The notes below the pieces were generated by a model. The model saw nothing but the letters and a program-made list of their open reading frames with translations, was not told the origin of the DNA and ran no database searches. A stretch of DNA of 61,461 nucleotides, counting the filler, from Sphacelaria rigidula (taxonomy: Eukaryota): NCBI GenBank assembly GCA_964200075.2. It is 11 parts of 11 records of this genome, joined end to end, with 100 filler letters (N's around TTAATTAATTAA, not from the genome) between each part and the next. Parts side by side here need not be neighbours in the genome. Positions count along the whole stretch, not along the records: positions 11,195 to 16,691 come from CAXNAA020026847.1; positions 16,792 to 22,288 come from CAXNAA020026848.1; positions 22,389 to 27,885 come from CAXNAA020026849.1; 8 more parts are not named here. One strand, 5' to 3'. Positions within the stretch are counted from its first letter, which is position 1, and each line of letters opens with the position of its first letter. Positions 13,056-24,103 of this stretch are shown here, in pieces. A program made the position numbers and the translations under genes.

Positions 13056-13182
13056 CTTTCAAGGGACTGATACTGGCGGCCTTGAAAGATCTATATGGGG
13101 AATTAGAGTCCGCTAGCTACCAGGTCGATGTGCTGTCGTGGGATCCTGCAAGCGGGGAGGGACGGCTGCGAGTACCCGCAAG
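13056..13182 (+). CDS. RPP14: RNase P/MRP subunit Rpp14 (Rpp14/Pop5 family) exon; 5' boundary uncertain, frame open from 12935
   Basis: FKGLILAALKDLYGELESASYQVDVLSWDPASGEGRLRVPA resembles the Rpp14 core (FKxLxxxAxKDLxGE...xDxLxx...xLRx); donor AG|GTGAC. Confidence 0.75.
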
Positions 13183-14066
13183 GTGACAACTTGAGTCGGA
13201 CATTCGGAACAAGTAGCATGCGCTTGCGGGGCGCGGTTTGCAGTCGATAGGTGTACACTCTGAAATGTGGGGCCAGTGTCTTCATATTTTTTTTTTTACT
13301 TTCGTCTCGCAGCGCACTGCGGTCAGTAAGCTGCGACGGCATGTACCTCTCGGTATAGTCACAACAAATCAGATTCGGAGCAAACCCCTAGGAATTGTAC
13401 CATTCATAAACGCCAAAAAAATAATTTGGTCCTCCAAAGCTGCAAGACTAAGTTGGGTCTACACGACATGTTCGTTAGTGTGGTCGTGTCCCATTAAATT
13501 CATGTATACACCACCGAAACTCCGCCCAAATACAGATTGGCCACCCACGGCGTTCTGTAAATGTAGTACCGATCCATCTATCCATGAACATGTGCGGCGT
13601 TTCGTTCCAATGATCCAATAATCAAAGCTTCCCATGTACACCACAGTTTGGCGATCTTGAAACCTGATTTTCAGATTCATGTATACCTGCCACTTATACA
13701 CTGGACTCGATGTACAGGTGTACATACGGCCTCCATGCATACCTACGACATAAGCCATTCTCCGGCATAGGGAGAGTTATTTCCTCCTCCGCGTTATAGC
13801 ATGAGGAGTAACACGCGCGGTTGGTTGGAGTGAAGCACGTCTTCTGTTCAAGCTGCGTTCTCGAGAGGGAAGAGTCAGCTTAGGGTAGGATCGCGCGCAC
13901 TCGACAGCACACTGCACATACCCGACTTGCTTTACAAGACAGACTCCGCTTGATCGCAGTACATCGCAGCACATGTACAAGGTATTCTAGAAACTGACCG
14001 AAGATAAACCGCGCACTTTTTCTCGCGTGTTGCCGCTGTGATATTTTGCCGCTTTTCATTCTACAG

Positions 14067-14202
14067 GTCGCTGGTGCCAGTCCGTGCGGCGCTGACGTTG
14101 GTATCTTCATGCGGCGATATTCCCTGCTCCATAACCTTCACCGACGTGTCTCCATTTTTGGCGGGTCTAGCGTGCGATCGATATCTTGAAGAAATGGGTT
14201 GA
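14067..14202 (+). CDS. RPP14: Rpp14 last exon (absent from the ORF track)
   Basis: ctacag acceptor, phase 2 join; SLVPVRAALTLVSSCGDIPCSITFTDVSPFLAGLACDRYLEEMG-stop matches the Rpp14 C-terminus (xLTL ... VSPFLxxL). Confidence 0.8.
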
Positions 14203-15352
14203 TCGTGTAAGCGGCATGTACATTGTGGCAACATGTGCATGCGGAATTCCATGTTTTGGCTTGTGAGTAGTTGTGCTCACCATCCTTCACTATGTGGGCT
14301 ATTATGAAATCAATTGGTACTGATCAACAAACAGTATTGTGAGCGGATCGTGCGCAGATAGGCGGATTAAGGCCGGAACACATAACGTGGAGAGGGTGAT
14401 TTTTTCGACCTTCCCGCGTCAATGTAAAGTCAGCGGGAAATCATGTTGAAATGTAGTCATGTGTATACATCCAGTAGCGTACGGACGTAGCAAAAGGTGA
14501 ACAAAGCATTCAGCACCCGACGATTGAAACACTAGAGCGTACTCAATGAACGGAGCAAATGTGCAAACAAGAGTCAACTTCCACGCTTAGCACCGCAACA
14601 GGAATAACTGTAAATAGGAAAACCAAGAAAGTATAGTACGTGTGTTGAAAATACGGGAGTACCGTATATACAAATTAATTTGGGTAGCTCGATAGATGAG
14701 CATTCACCTACGAGCTCGTCCAATGACCTGTGCCTAATTATAGTGGCAACCACAGCAGCCCACCGACCGGCATAAATCTTTGCGCATGTATTTTCAAGTT
14801 ATCGGTGTCGCTGCTGCTCCTCATAATATGTGGGAACGGAAAAGTTGACTCGATATGTGCCATACTGATGTATCACAGCTCTCCAGAAGCAAGTATCTCA
14901 CTGGGCACTGCCTCACAGCACGCCCACCTACATATGGACAGTTGCAGGATGATATACAACGTGGTGCAGTACTTGAACGGGGCGCTGCTGCTATGCTACT
15001 CGTACTTGTGAACAGAATCTCAGAGATTTCGGAGAAACTTTCGATGGGCGAGATTTAGCAAACACTCGGATACGGTACCGAAAAAGGCGGAAAGTAAACA
15101 ATAGTCTAAGAGTAGAAAGGAAGTGAAATCGCGGGTTCGCGACTTGAGGCCGTGTCTTAACGAAGCAGGAAAAAGAAGCGTAGGACGAAAGCAGCATGTT
15201 GATAAGTCGCCTTAACCATGGACCCGCTCGGTGATCAATCAACGGCCTACTTTTCGTCTCTAGGTTCGTTCCTCGCTTCCTTTATGCTGTCGATGAGACA
15301 CGACTTTACCCAGTAGCAAGCTACTGGAAAAGGTGCCGTTCGGGCAGTGAAA

Positions 15353-16426
15353 CACGGGATTTTTCAAGTGGGGGATAGATTTTTGGGGGGGGGATGGACA
15401 AGGTCAAAAGTTGGATCGGAAAGTGCAAAAACAATTATTTGACAATATTGTTTTTTAACTTGTCGGATAGTCGTCCGAGGGGGGACATCGTTCGTATTTT
15501 TGCAATTCGACCGGATCGCACAAATGCAAAACGTACGTTGCATCTGTGTCATTTTAATGCTGATGCTACTTCTCATGTGTAAAAAAATAACAGTTGTTGA
15601 AAAGTGTATTTTTGACCCTTCCGCGTCGTTTTTCCTCCGGAAAGAGGGCTAGGCGGCTATTGACACCTTGGAATGACTTGCTCTACTCGCTGAGACGGTT
15701 CCAGAGCACACATGCATCTCCCGTAGGTCACGGTTTCGTTTTTGGCCAAACTTGCATTTTCAATAACAAACGGTCAAGTTATCTAAAAACAGCGGGGGAA
15801 ATGACATTTTTTCGGTGACTTGACCGCTTGTTATTGAAAATGCAAGTTTGGCCAAAAACGAAACCGTGACCTACGGGAAACGCATGTGTGCTCTGGAACG
15901 GTTTCAGTGAGTAGAGCAAGTCATTCCAAGGTGTCAACAGCCGCCTCGTCCTCTTTTCGGGGAAAAAACGACGGAGAAGGGTCAAAAATGCACTTTTCAA
16001 CAACTTTTTTTTTATACATAAGAAGTAGCCTAAACGTAAATTCTGTCCTAGATTCATTTCTTTCTAGGTGTAACTCGCCGTTGGATCTGCTCGGGACGTT
16101 GTGGAACCCATGAAAACTACTTGCGGTTCTGAAATCACGCATGTACATAGAAAACAATATCAAATTAGATTCTGCTCGATGTTCGGACTTTAATCCAACG
16201 TGCAACTTCCAATCGCTTACAACACATGACGGTCCGTACGGACCCCCGAAATGGTTTTTGCATTTTTCGGTCCAACTATTAACCTTGTCCATCCCCCCAA
16301 AAAGATATGCTCCGTCTCGAAAGGGATGCGTGGTCAATGGTCAAATGACTAAGGCAAGCAACAAATGAGTATGCCCCCCCCCCCCCCCAAAAAAAAAGAT
16401 ACATCCCCCATTTGTGAAATCCCGTG
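15353..16426. mobile_element. Nested foldback/MITE-like element (family P2 core inside an outer shell)
   Basis: Outer IR cacgggatttttcaagtgggggat / atcccccatttgtgaaatcccgtg; second IR 15380-15435 / 16250-16303; inner ~200-bp arms 15593-15789 / 15807-16004. Confidence 0.85.
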
Positions 16427-16691
16427 TTCTAAGTGCCACAACAAAAACTCCAAATAACAACGCGATGCCCCTACATACTGCAGCGCATGGAAATTGATGG
16501 TATAATGAGAAACGCAGAAGGTAATGCACCAGACACACCGCAAACTTCAACGTAATACCTACAATACCCGAAATGAGTGCGTGTTCTGAGATACAATATT
16601 ACACTGTAGTGTCTGGAGCTACTTCTCTCCGGTTTTCGTCGCGTCGCTCTTCTTATTTTATTTATTTTTTTCTTTATTTTGGTAATGTGTC

Positions 16692-16791
16692 NNNNNNNNN
16701 NNNNNNNNNNNNNNNNNNNNNNNNNNNNNNNNNNNTTAATTAATTAANNNNNNNNNNNNNNNNNNNNNNNNNNNNNNNNNNNNNNNNNNNN
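16692..16791. other. Artificial contig linker
   Basis: Same 100-bp spacer. Confidence 0.99.
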
Positions 16792-17025
16792 GTTGATCTC
16801 CTGTTTTCTCTTTTTTGATCTTCGGTGTCTTTCGGGTGTGTGTTGGGGGGGGGGTGGGTGTGCTGAAGAGATTTTGACTTCTGATAAGACCCCGCCTTAA
16901 CCCTTAGACAGCGACCCCCCCGCAGGTGGACTGAGTTGGACTATGCCACATTTGGGGGGTTCAGAATTGCTCTTTTCTCGCTACACAAAACGACTTTTTC
17001 ATGGACATATGAATATTTGTCATGA

Positions 17026-17056
<31 letters not shown>

Positions 17057-17264
17057 CTAGTCCCCGAGAACCCCTAACCAGCTTTGGCCCTGCAGTCACT
17101 TGCGTGCAGAGTCGGTATGCGTGTGTGCTGTATGTCTTCACTGAATACAACGGAAAAATACAGTTGTCCGCGCGTGTTGTGACCCTGTCCACCTCGTCCA
17201 CCTGCATCGCGTAAACCTTCTACCCATGATATACTGTACTTGTTTTCTTCGTTGGCGCGCGCAG

Positions 17265-17420
17265 GAGGGTGGCACCAACACTAGCGCGGTGGGGACAACG
17301 CTTGCCACGGTGCTGTCTGTCCTAGCCGTCGTCGGGTTCGCGATCGTACTCATAGACAGTCTGACCACGAGCGGAAATACCAGTAGCGGCGGAGAGACGG
17401 GGCAAGACCAAGTCTCAGCG
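17265..17420 (+). CDS. Multi-pass membrane protein, exon
   Basis: gcgcag acceptor, GTGAGG donor, 156 bp, phase 0; hydrophobic helix TLATVLSVLAVVGFAIVLI. Confidence 0.75.
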
Positions 17421-17735
17421 GTGAGGGCTTGACATTTTTGGGCGCCCTCATCTTCAAATTGATTCATTGTGGTTGCTGTGTTATGCTGTGCTATACCGTA
17501 CAGTAGCACCAGGGGCAGCCATAGAACAAAGTTTCGGGTTCGTCTCTACTCCTCCGACTTCTCCAGAGGCATTTTCCTCAACTTTTCGAGATGCATACAA
17601 ATTTTGAAAAAAAAAGATCCCGCACTTAACACGGGATTTTACAAATTGGGGATGGATCTTTTGTTGGGGATGAAAACACGGAGAATTAAAATGTTCGTAT
17701 CCACACCAAACCTTCGGAGTATGCTTCCATTTCTT

Positions 17736-17871
17736 CACTTGCTGGTAGCTATTGACAACAACTACACACCATACAAATTTGGATTTCGATAACCGAAATT
17801 TCGGGGTCCTGGGTGAAGAGAAATCCAAATTTGTATGGTGTGTAGTTGTTGTCAATAGCTACCAGCAAGTG
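17736..17871. repeat. Perfect 52-bp inverted repeat with 32-bp spacer (imperfect extension ~17643-17939)
   Basis: 17736-17787 is the exact reverse complement of 17820-17871. Confidence 0.95.
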
Positions 17872-19805
17872 GAGACATGTAACCATATTTTGAAGATCTG
17901 GTGTGGGTACGAAGATTCTCTGGATTCTCATCCCCAATTAAAATTCCACTCCGAATTGGTAGAATTCCCCTCTCCCTCGCATAGCTACAAAGCTGGGACT
18001 CGCCGAACACACCACGGCGCTTCGCGCTTGGCGGTTCGAGTGCGATCCTGGTTCGGCGAAAACCTTTTCGCTAAAGTGACGAAGACGAAGACGAAGACGA
18101 AGATGAAGACCTTTTCGCTAAAGTTTGTTCTTGTGCGAGCAGTAATATTCTTCAATCTATCACCAAACCCCCCTAGAACTGAGGTCACAACGAGATTTTC
18201 ACGTTTTTGTTTTTCACCCAAAATACCATCATCCTCTGAATTGGTTCATGTTGTATTTTCACCCTCCACCCCCCTCCCCCCCACCCCCCCCCCCCCTCCC
18301 CCGTCTCGAAAGGGATGCGTGGTCAATGGTCAAACGTCTAAGGCAAGCAACAAATAAGTACGCCCCCCCCCCCCCCTCCCCCCCCCCCCCCAAGAGGGTC
18401 AGTATGCAGGTTTTCAGACACCTTCGCCCGAATTCTAAAAGTCGGCCAAACCAGCAAGCAGGTCGTGCTTGGGTATGCCACGCATTTAACTGTTTCGTAA
18501 TCCATCACATTGCATTTGCAAGAGCTACCACGTTGATTATTCAGCAAAACAAAATGACTGGGGCTGTGAAGCCCCGCACAATCCAGCTCCCCCCACAAAC
18601 ATGTGTCCAGAATTCTCGTCGCTGACTTTCAGTGTACAGTTTCAGTCGAGTGCACTGTAGGTGTACAGGGCTGTCCCAGTGTTTGAAGAAAACCATGAAG
18701 GCAGACGCCCGTTATACGGAAAACTGGGGGAGAGGGACTGTGGGATCTGGCATAAGAATGTACAAGCTCACTTATCCCAAACTTTCTCATAATGTGTCCA
18801 TGGTCGGAAGGAATACAGGCGTCTCACTTGTTCCTGTTTTTGTAATTCATCTCAAGTCTCAGAAAAATAGTGGGGGTGGTAGTGGAAACACAAGCCTGCG
18901 TCTGGGACCACGGGCTCGAGATGGTAATGAGCTAATGTGCGGAAATAATAATAATAACGATAACAACCCTCGATACCTACTTTACTCTCCACGATCGAGT
19001 ATTGGATCAGAGCTTGAGCGGCTTGTCGACCTTAGTGTCGACTTTTTTTGTCCCCTCAGTTGCTCACACGTTTCCAGACGACAGTTGTCAGAAAAGTAGT
19101 CTCCCCTGTCGTGACTCGAAATCACATATACCACTCAAACTACGAGTACAGTGGTGTTAACGTGCCTATTCGGCCATCCGATTGCAAGTATCAGTGTTGA
19201 AGCGCCAGAAACACATCGTACTTCAAAGCCCCTCCGTCCCTGTGGAGGAGTTCACAGTCGCAGGTATCAATCCATTTCCCCCCCTGCACTCGCCTTCCAC
19301 TTGGGTATCGAGCATTGGATGATGACTACAGCATGATGCTCCCCCATCCCCTTCAACTTCAGTTAAAGAAATTCCTCGTCCCCTTCCTCATATTTAAGGA
19401 CTACAGAGACAAAAAGAAAACACTGTGCTGTCGTGGTTCAAGGTCACAGGACCCGCTCAAGCTGCTGCTCATGTACCAGTTCCATCGCCGGGCCGCGATA
19501 GCGAGTGGTCACGAGATGTGTGCTGCCGCGATCACCTCCGACGTTCCCGTTCAAGGTCCATACCGCACGCCTCCCTCGATCGTTTTTGACCCAAGGGATA
19601 GTTTTGCAGAATCGAGGAATGTGAGCGCGCGGGGTGGCGTGCTCTTGATGTCCTCAGCCACCCTCAGCACGAAACTTAAATCGTGGTGGTGACGTTTCAC
19701 CCCCGAAAAAAGCGGTTTTGTATTTCTCTCCGACCCCCGTGGTACCCGATCCGTCTATCCCCCTTCCACGGATATCTGCTCTCCGGGTATTTCGCTTCGC
19801 CGCAG

Positions 19806-19982
19806 GCTCCTGCGTCAGCGGATATCAGCAGCGATGGACCCTGGTGCAACGGAAGAAGGCGGCGGCCATCGGCTACGACAGCGGTGGTGCTGGTGACACA
19901 GCTGCAGTTATTGGCGGTCCTATCGTTGGTTGAATCTGTCGTGGGCACGGGGTCATGGCTCTCTGATTTTGTTGTTGGCCTC

Positions 19983-19984
<2 letters not shown>
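19806..19984 (+). CDS. Multi-pass membrane protein, exon
   Basis: ccgcag acceptor; ...AVVLVTQLQLLAVLSLVESVVGTGSWLSDFVVGLR; phase 0 in, phase 2 out. Confidence 0.8.
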
Positions 19985-20051
<67 letters not shown>

Positions 20052-20056
20052 CGCGC
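19985..20056. repeat. (GT)n(GC)n microsatellite starting at the splice donor
   Basis: Long GT dinucleotide run followed by a GC run. Confidence 0.95.
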
Positions 20057-21199
20057 ACGCGGTATTGTAGTGCGCCCACCTCCACGACCCCCCGAACATT
20101 GTGCGTAAGCGACAGATGGACAGAGCGCTCGGAAGACCAGAAGAACCTGCGATGGGATAACGTGGTCAACATGACTATATAGCTTCTCGACCTGATTTCT
20201 CCAATTACTATAATACAAAAACCTGCTCCGACGGTATTGCTTCTTGTACTACAGTACGTCCTGCTTGGAGCCCCGCCGATGGCTTGACAGGTTTTTCACC
20301 GGAACCGTTGCCCGTGCGGCGTGTTTTTCGTCAGACTATTTTGGTTGTAGCCTACTTTTTCTCTTCCGTTTCTTTCCTTCTTCGGTTTGTACTCTACTCG
20401 ACTTTACTCTGGAGCGAGTAATTTTTGTTGATTCTCCATTGTTACTAGCACTGCGAGATGGTGACAAAAGTCGTAGCGGATCACGTAGTGTACTTTTTAT
20501 TATACGGGAATATGTTTTGCTGGGAAATGCTCACGACAGTCGGCACGGACAACTTGTGTCGGCGAAACGCTGAGAGTTGCCGCTATCTGATAATCCGGCT
20601 CTCACCACCAGCGAGCACATGCCACGCACAGAGTCCAAACACTCAGTTGAATGTCGAAATCTTCATCAAACAGACTTTGTAGAACACAAATTTACCACCA
20701 TATCCTTCGATAATCCTCGAGTGACAGGTAAATTTGGCTCGTTAATATTCATTTTTCGGCGTCATTGTCGAGCTGTTGGCGTGAGAGATTGAGGTGTATG
20801 TCTCCGCGGTGGCCATCAGGTTCGACTGTTGGGTGTAACGTCTCCGTTCCAGCGTTTCAGTGTGTGCCATCGTCTGTTTTGTACGTCTCAGTATGTTTCG
20901 TTGTCGAACCTCGAGTCTCCTCAGGCGCCGACCTCACCGAAAGAAACAGTGAGATTTCTTGCCAATAACTCCCCTGTAGTTTCGTCTTAATTCGTGAGTT
21001 CGCTTCACGGGTTGCTCTCGATGACTGATTCCCCACACATACTTTCAAAGCTTGAGCTATATATAATGTCTTATCAGCACATATTTGCCAAGAGTGAGCT
21101 GTGGGAGCTACATGAGCTACGAGTACACCCGTCAGTCGGCAGCTCATCTGCTCAAAGATCTTGGTTTGCCTAATATTAGTAGGAAGTAACTGTTACTCG

Positions 21200-21244
<45 letters not shown>

Positions 21245-21359
21245 CCCCCCCCCTCCTCAAAAATCTTTTTTTTCTTAAATATATTGGGAAGAACATTTTT
21301 TCCCCCCCCCCCCCCCCCCCCCCCCGCGCGCGCGCACATGTTTTGCACCCTACCCCAAG

Positions 21360-21555
21360 GTGGGTGAATCTATGGTGGCCTGCACCGTTTGCGGAAGATA
21401 TCCTTCCCGAAGAGTGCTCCTCGACAACAGGAGAAAGCGAGATCGGCCCAGCGAATTTCGTTGGAAACCTTACGCTCGTGGTGGGCATATTTTTTGGTAT
21501 ATGTTTCCTTCACATCGTTGTGCTGTCCGCGGTGGAAGCCTGCTGGTTGAGAAAC
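21360..21555 (+). CDS. Multi-pass membrane protein, exon (possibly TRP/FLC-like TM domain)
   Basis: Phase 2 join gives GLRWVNLWWP...; ...FVGNLTLVVGIFFGICFLHIVVLSAVEACWLRN; GTGAGT donor. The family assignment is only a guess from the Q..A.LSL...F...L.W.NL pattern. Confidence 0.8.
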
Positions 21556-22288
21556 GTGAGTGGGCTTTGACGTAGTTTGTTGATTCTACTTCGGGTCGGT
21601 GTGCTTGTTCTCGTGTATTGTCGTTTCTTACTGGTTGCTTGTGAGATTTACGCCCAGTCTTACGCCACCGCGTCCCCCGCTGGTATTTGCTGCTTGCGAG
21701 TCCATTTTGTTTTTTCGTATGCGTGATGGTGGTTATGTGCGAAGCCGTGGCGCAGGAGTGTGCTGCCATACCTCAACATGATGAATGTGGCTGACTGGTC
21801 GAACGCTCTTCTACGCAGTCTGAAGTTGCAATTCCGCACTTGCTGACGTGCCCCTACATTGATATCTTGCTGAAGAGTGTTCATAGGGACGGCAAGCTGA
21901 ATTTAGGGCGGTGGGTGGTGACCTCGTCGCCTCTTGCCGCAGGCGGATGAACATCAGACTGTGGATGACAGAAATTGTTGCCCATCTACTAGTAGCACGC
22001 GGACCAAACTATAGAGGTCAATATATTTGATTGAGATATCCATGCTCAGCGGGTCAAGATATCGTGACCACCTGAAAATGGACTGTTCGAGACACGCTTA
22101 CACCACGACCGCACGTTTCACGAGGCACATTTCTACGAAGACCGCTTGAGTTTCACGTTGTTTTTGCTCTGGTGTGCGGTTTTGCTAGTCTACTCTGCGA
22201 ACCCGGCCCCGAGCATGTAGGGGCGGACACCCGATGGGGTTGGCGTCGCTTGGCGATGACGCTGTAAAACACGCCACTCACTACGTAA

Positions 22289-22388
22289 NNNNNNNNNNNN
22301 NNNNNNNNNNNNNNNNNNNNNNNNNNNNNNNNTTAATTAATTAANNNNNNNNNNNNNNNNNNNNNNNNNNNNNNNNNNNNNNNNNNNN
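22289..22388. other. Artificial contig linker
   Basis: Same 100-bp spacer. Confidence 0.99.
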
Positions 22389-22660
22389 AGGGGCTCCAAA
22401 CAATTCTAACCTCAGAAAATATTTCTGTACCCCTACCGTAGCATCACTCAAGGGAAAAACCGGTCAAGACTTATCCTGTGCCTTAACAGTCGCGCGCAAG
22501 GTCAAGGCGGCCACCGAAAGGCTCAACGCGGTCACCTAAAAGCTTGACGCGTCTGTTTCATGTCAGGGTGTGTTGGGTCCAGGGCATAAGCTACGTTCAC
22601 TGTACTGTAGTATCAAGCTTTCGGGGTTGTGCTGTTTTCCCTCCTTTCCTCGAACGCAAG

Positions 22661-22759
22661 AGAAACTTGCGCGGTATGCGCACCTGGTTTTGCTCCATAG
22701 CAGCAGGTCGAGGTCGGTGTACCGACTGGTTGTACAAGCCTTAATCGAGCTTCAGAGTG
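22661..22759 (+). CDS. Hypothetical protein exon
   Basis: Polypyrimidine tract plus caag acceptor, GTGAGC donor; KLARYAHLVLLHSSRSRSVYRLVVQALIELQS; phase-compatible with 23859. Confidence 0.5.
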
Positions 22760-23179
22760 GTGAGCACGAGGTCATGGGTTGGGAGCCTTCTTCAGCGGCA
22801 TGCACCGTACGTTTTTTTTTTCTTCTCCTTGAAGGAAGGAGGAAACCTGACCCAACGCTTACCCCGGGATCAACAATCACTTGATCCAAGTATACCTCTC
22901 TAAAACCCATTCAAACGCGCAGATCACCGAAAACGTGACCTAGATGGAACATATCAGGTCCGAATCTGATCTGAACCGCCTCAGATCACTTCACTTGATC
23001 TAAGTGCGGCGCACCCCGCAAGCGGCTTCGTGTGCCGATTAGCCGGAGACCCGGCTAGACTGCCTCGCAAAAGTCATGTCTATGTTGGTGGTGTCGAACG
23101 TTTATAAATCGTGTCACGGCCAGCTTGTGATGGTGAGGGTGGAAACCGGTGATGCCGTTTGAAAAAAAACAAGGGTCGG

Positions 23180-23428
23180 GCGAATTTGTGATTCGTCTGG
23201 AAATTACTTGGGTTTAGTGTGATTGATTCGTACAGTACGAATCAATCCTTGGGCTTTGTTTACAAGTTGCACTCAAGGTACGCGCAGCCCAGGCACGTGG
23301 AATGGCGCAAACATTGCGAAGAGACTTTTTTTTTATCAGCGTTCGACTTTTTTCTCCCCTTCGAGCAATCAGGCCTGAAAAATCGTGGATTTGGTGATCC
23401 GAACCGGCGATGATTCGTCCGAACCGTG
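23180..23428 (-). mobile_element. Partial copy of the 9091-9772 hAT-like MITE
   Basis: Ends TGATTCGTCCGAACCGTG (TIR); internal gtacgcgcagcccaggcacgtggaatggcgcaaa is the reverse complement of 9205-9238. Confidence 0.75.
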
Positions 23429-23858
23429 AAAAGAAACGATGCGATGCGATATCGGGATATATGCAGTATTCGCCTCCAAACTTCCTCGGAATATCTAGAA
23501 TCTATAACCAACCTGGTTATCATACATGAAACTGCACATATGGCAGGATACAAGATGCGATATGGAATTGATGTATTGCGCAATCTTGGGCGATAGCGAT
23601 ATCCTACATATATGGGGTTCGATGTATCGATATTTGGGATACTATACGTACGCATCACTATTATTATGATAGTAGGAAAGATGAATGGATGCCCGCAGAT
23701 AGTGTTCCTGCGAGGAATGCTCGGATGTGCGAAGAATTAATAAATTTATTGCCGTGGATCGAACGCTCTGCGTCTCATGCTGAGATACGCGTAGATTTCA
23801 CGTGGAAAGTCGATGACTGAGTCAATGGCTTTATTTTTATTTTCATGCCTACAGGCAG

Positions 23859-24103
23859 GTTCACGCTCATCACCCGAAATGGTGCTGTTAGCAAATGACT
23901 TTCGCAATACCTACCCAATATTTGCTCACATGATATCGTACTGGCCGCCATGGACAGCTGAAGAGCGTTGCATAGCCGGATTCATGTTTAAGGCTGTAGT
24001 GGTGGCGCTAAGGGCGAAAACCTACCTCGACCAATCAGCGCCTTTCAAATTGAATCCCGAGCCCACTTTTGACCCAATCTCCACGTGCTTCAAGTCGTGG
24101 TAA
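23859..24103 (+). CDS. Hypothetical protein exon (ends at TAA or at donor 24100)
   Basis: T-rich tract plus cag-gcag acceptor; 80 open codons SRSSPEMVLLANDFRNTYPIFAHMISYWPPW...CFKSW with protein-like composition. Confidence 0.5.

Noticed and set aside
14730..15058. Second cistron downstream of RPP14 (as in vertebrate RPP14-HTD2)
   Set aside because: The short ORFs show no MaoC/hot-dog dehydratase features.
21199..21325. Poly-C tracts as poly-proline coding or a special G-quadruplex locus
   Set aside because: Homopolymer runs are common throughout this window (also 5431-5492, 16374-16388, 18270-18390) and lie in intronic or other apparently non-coding sequence.
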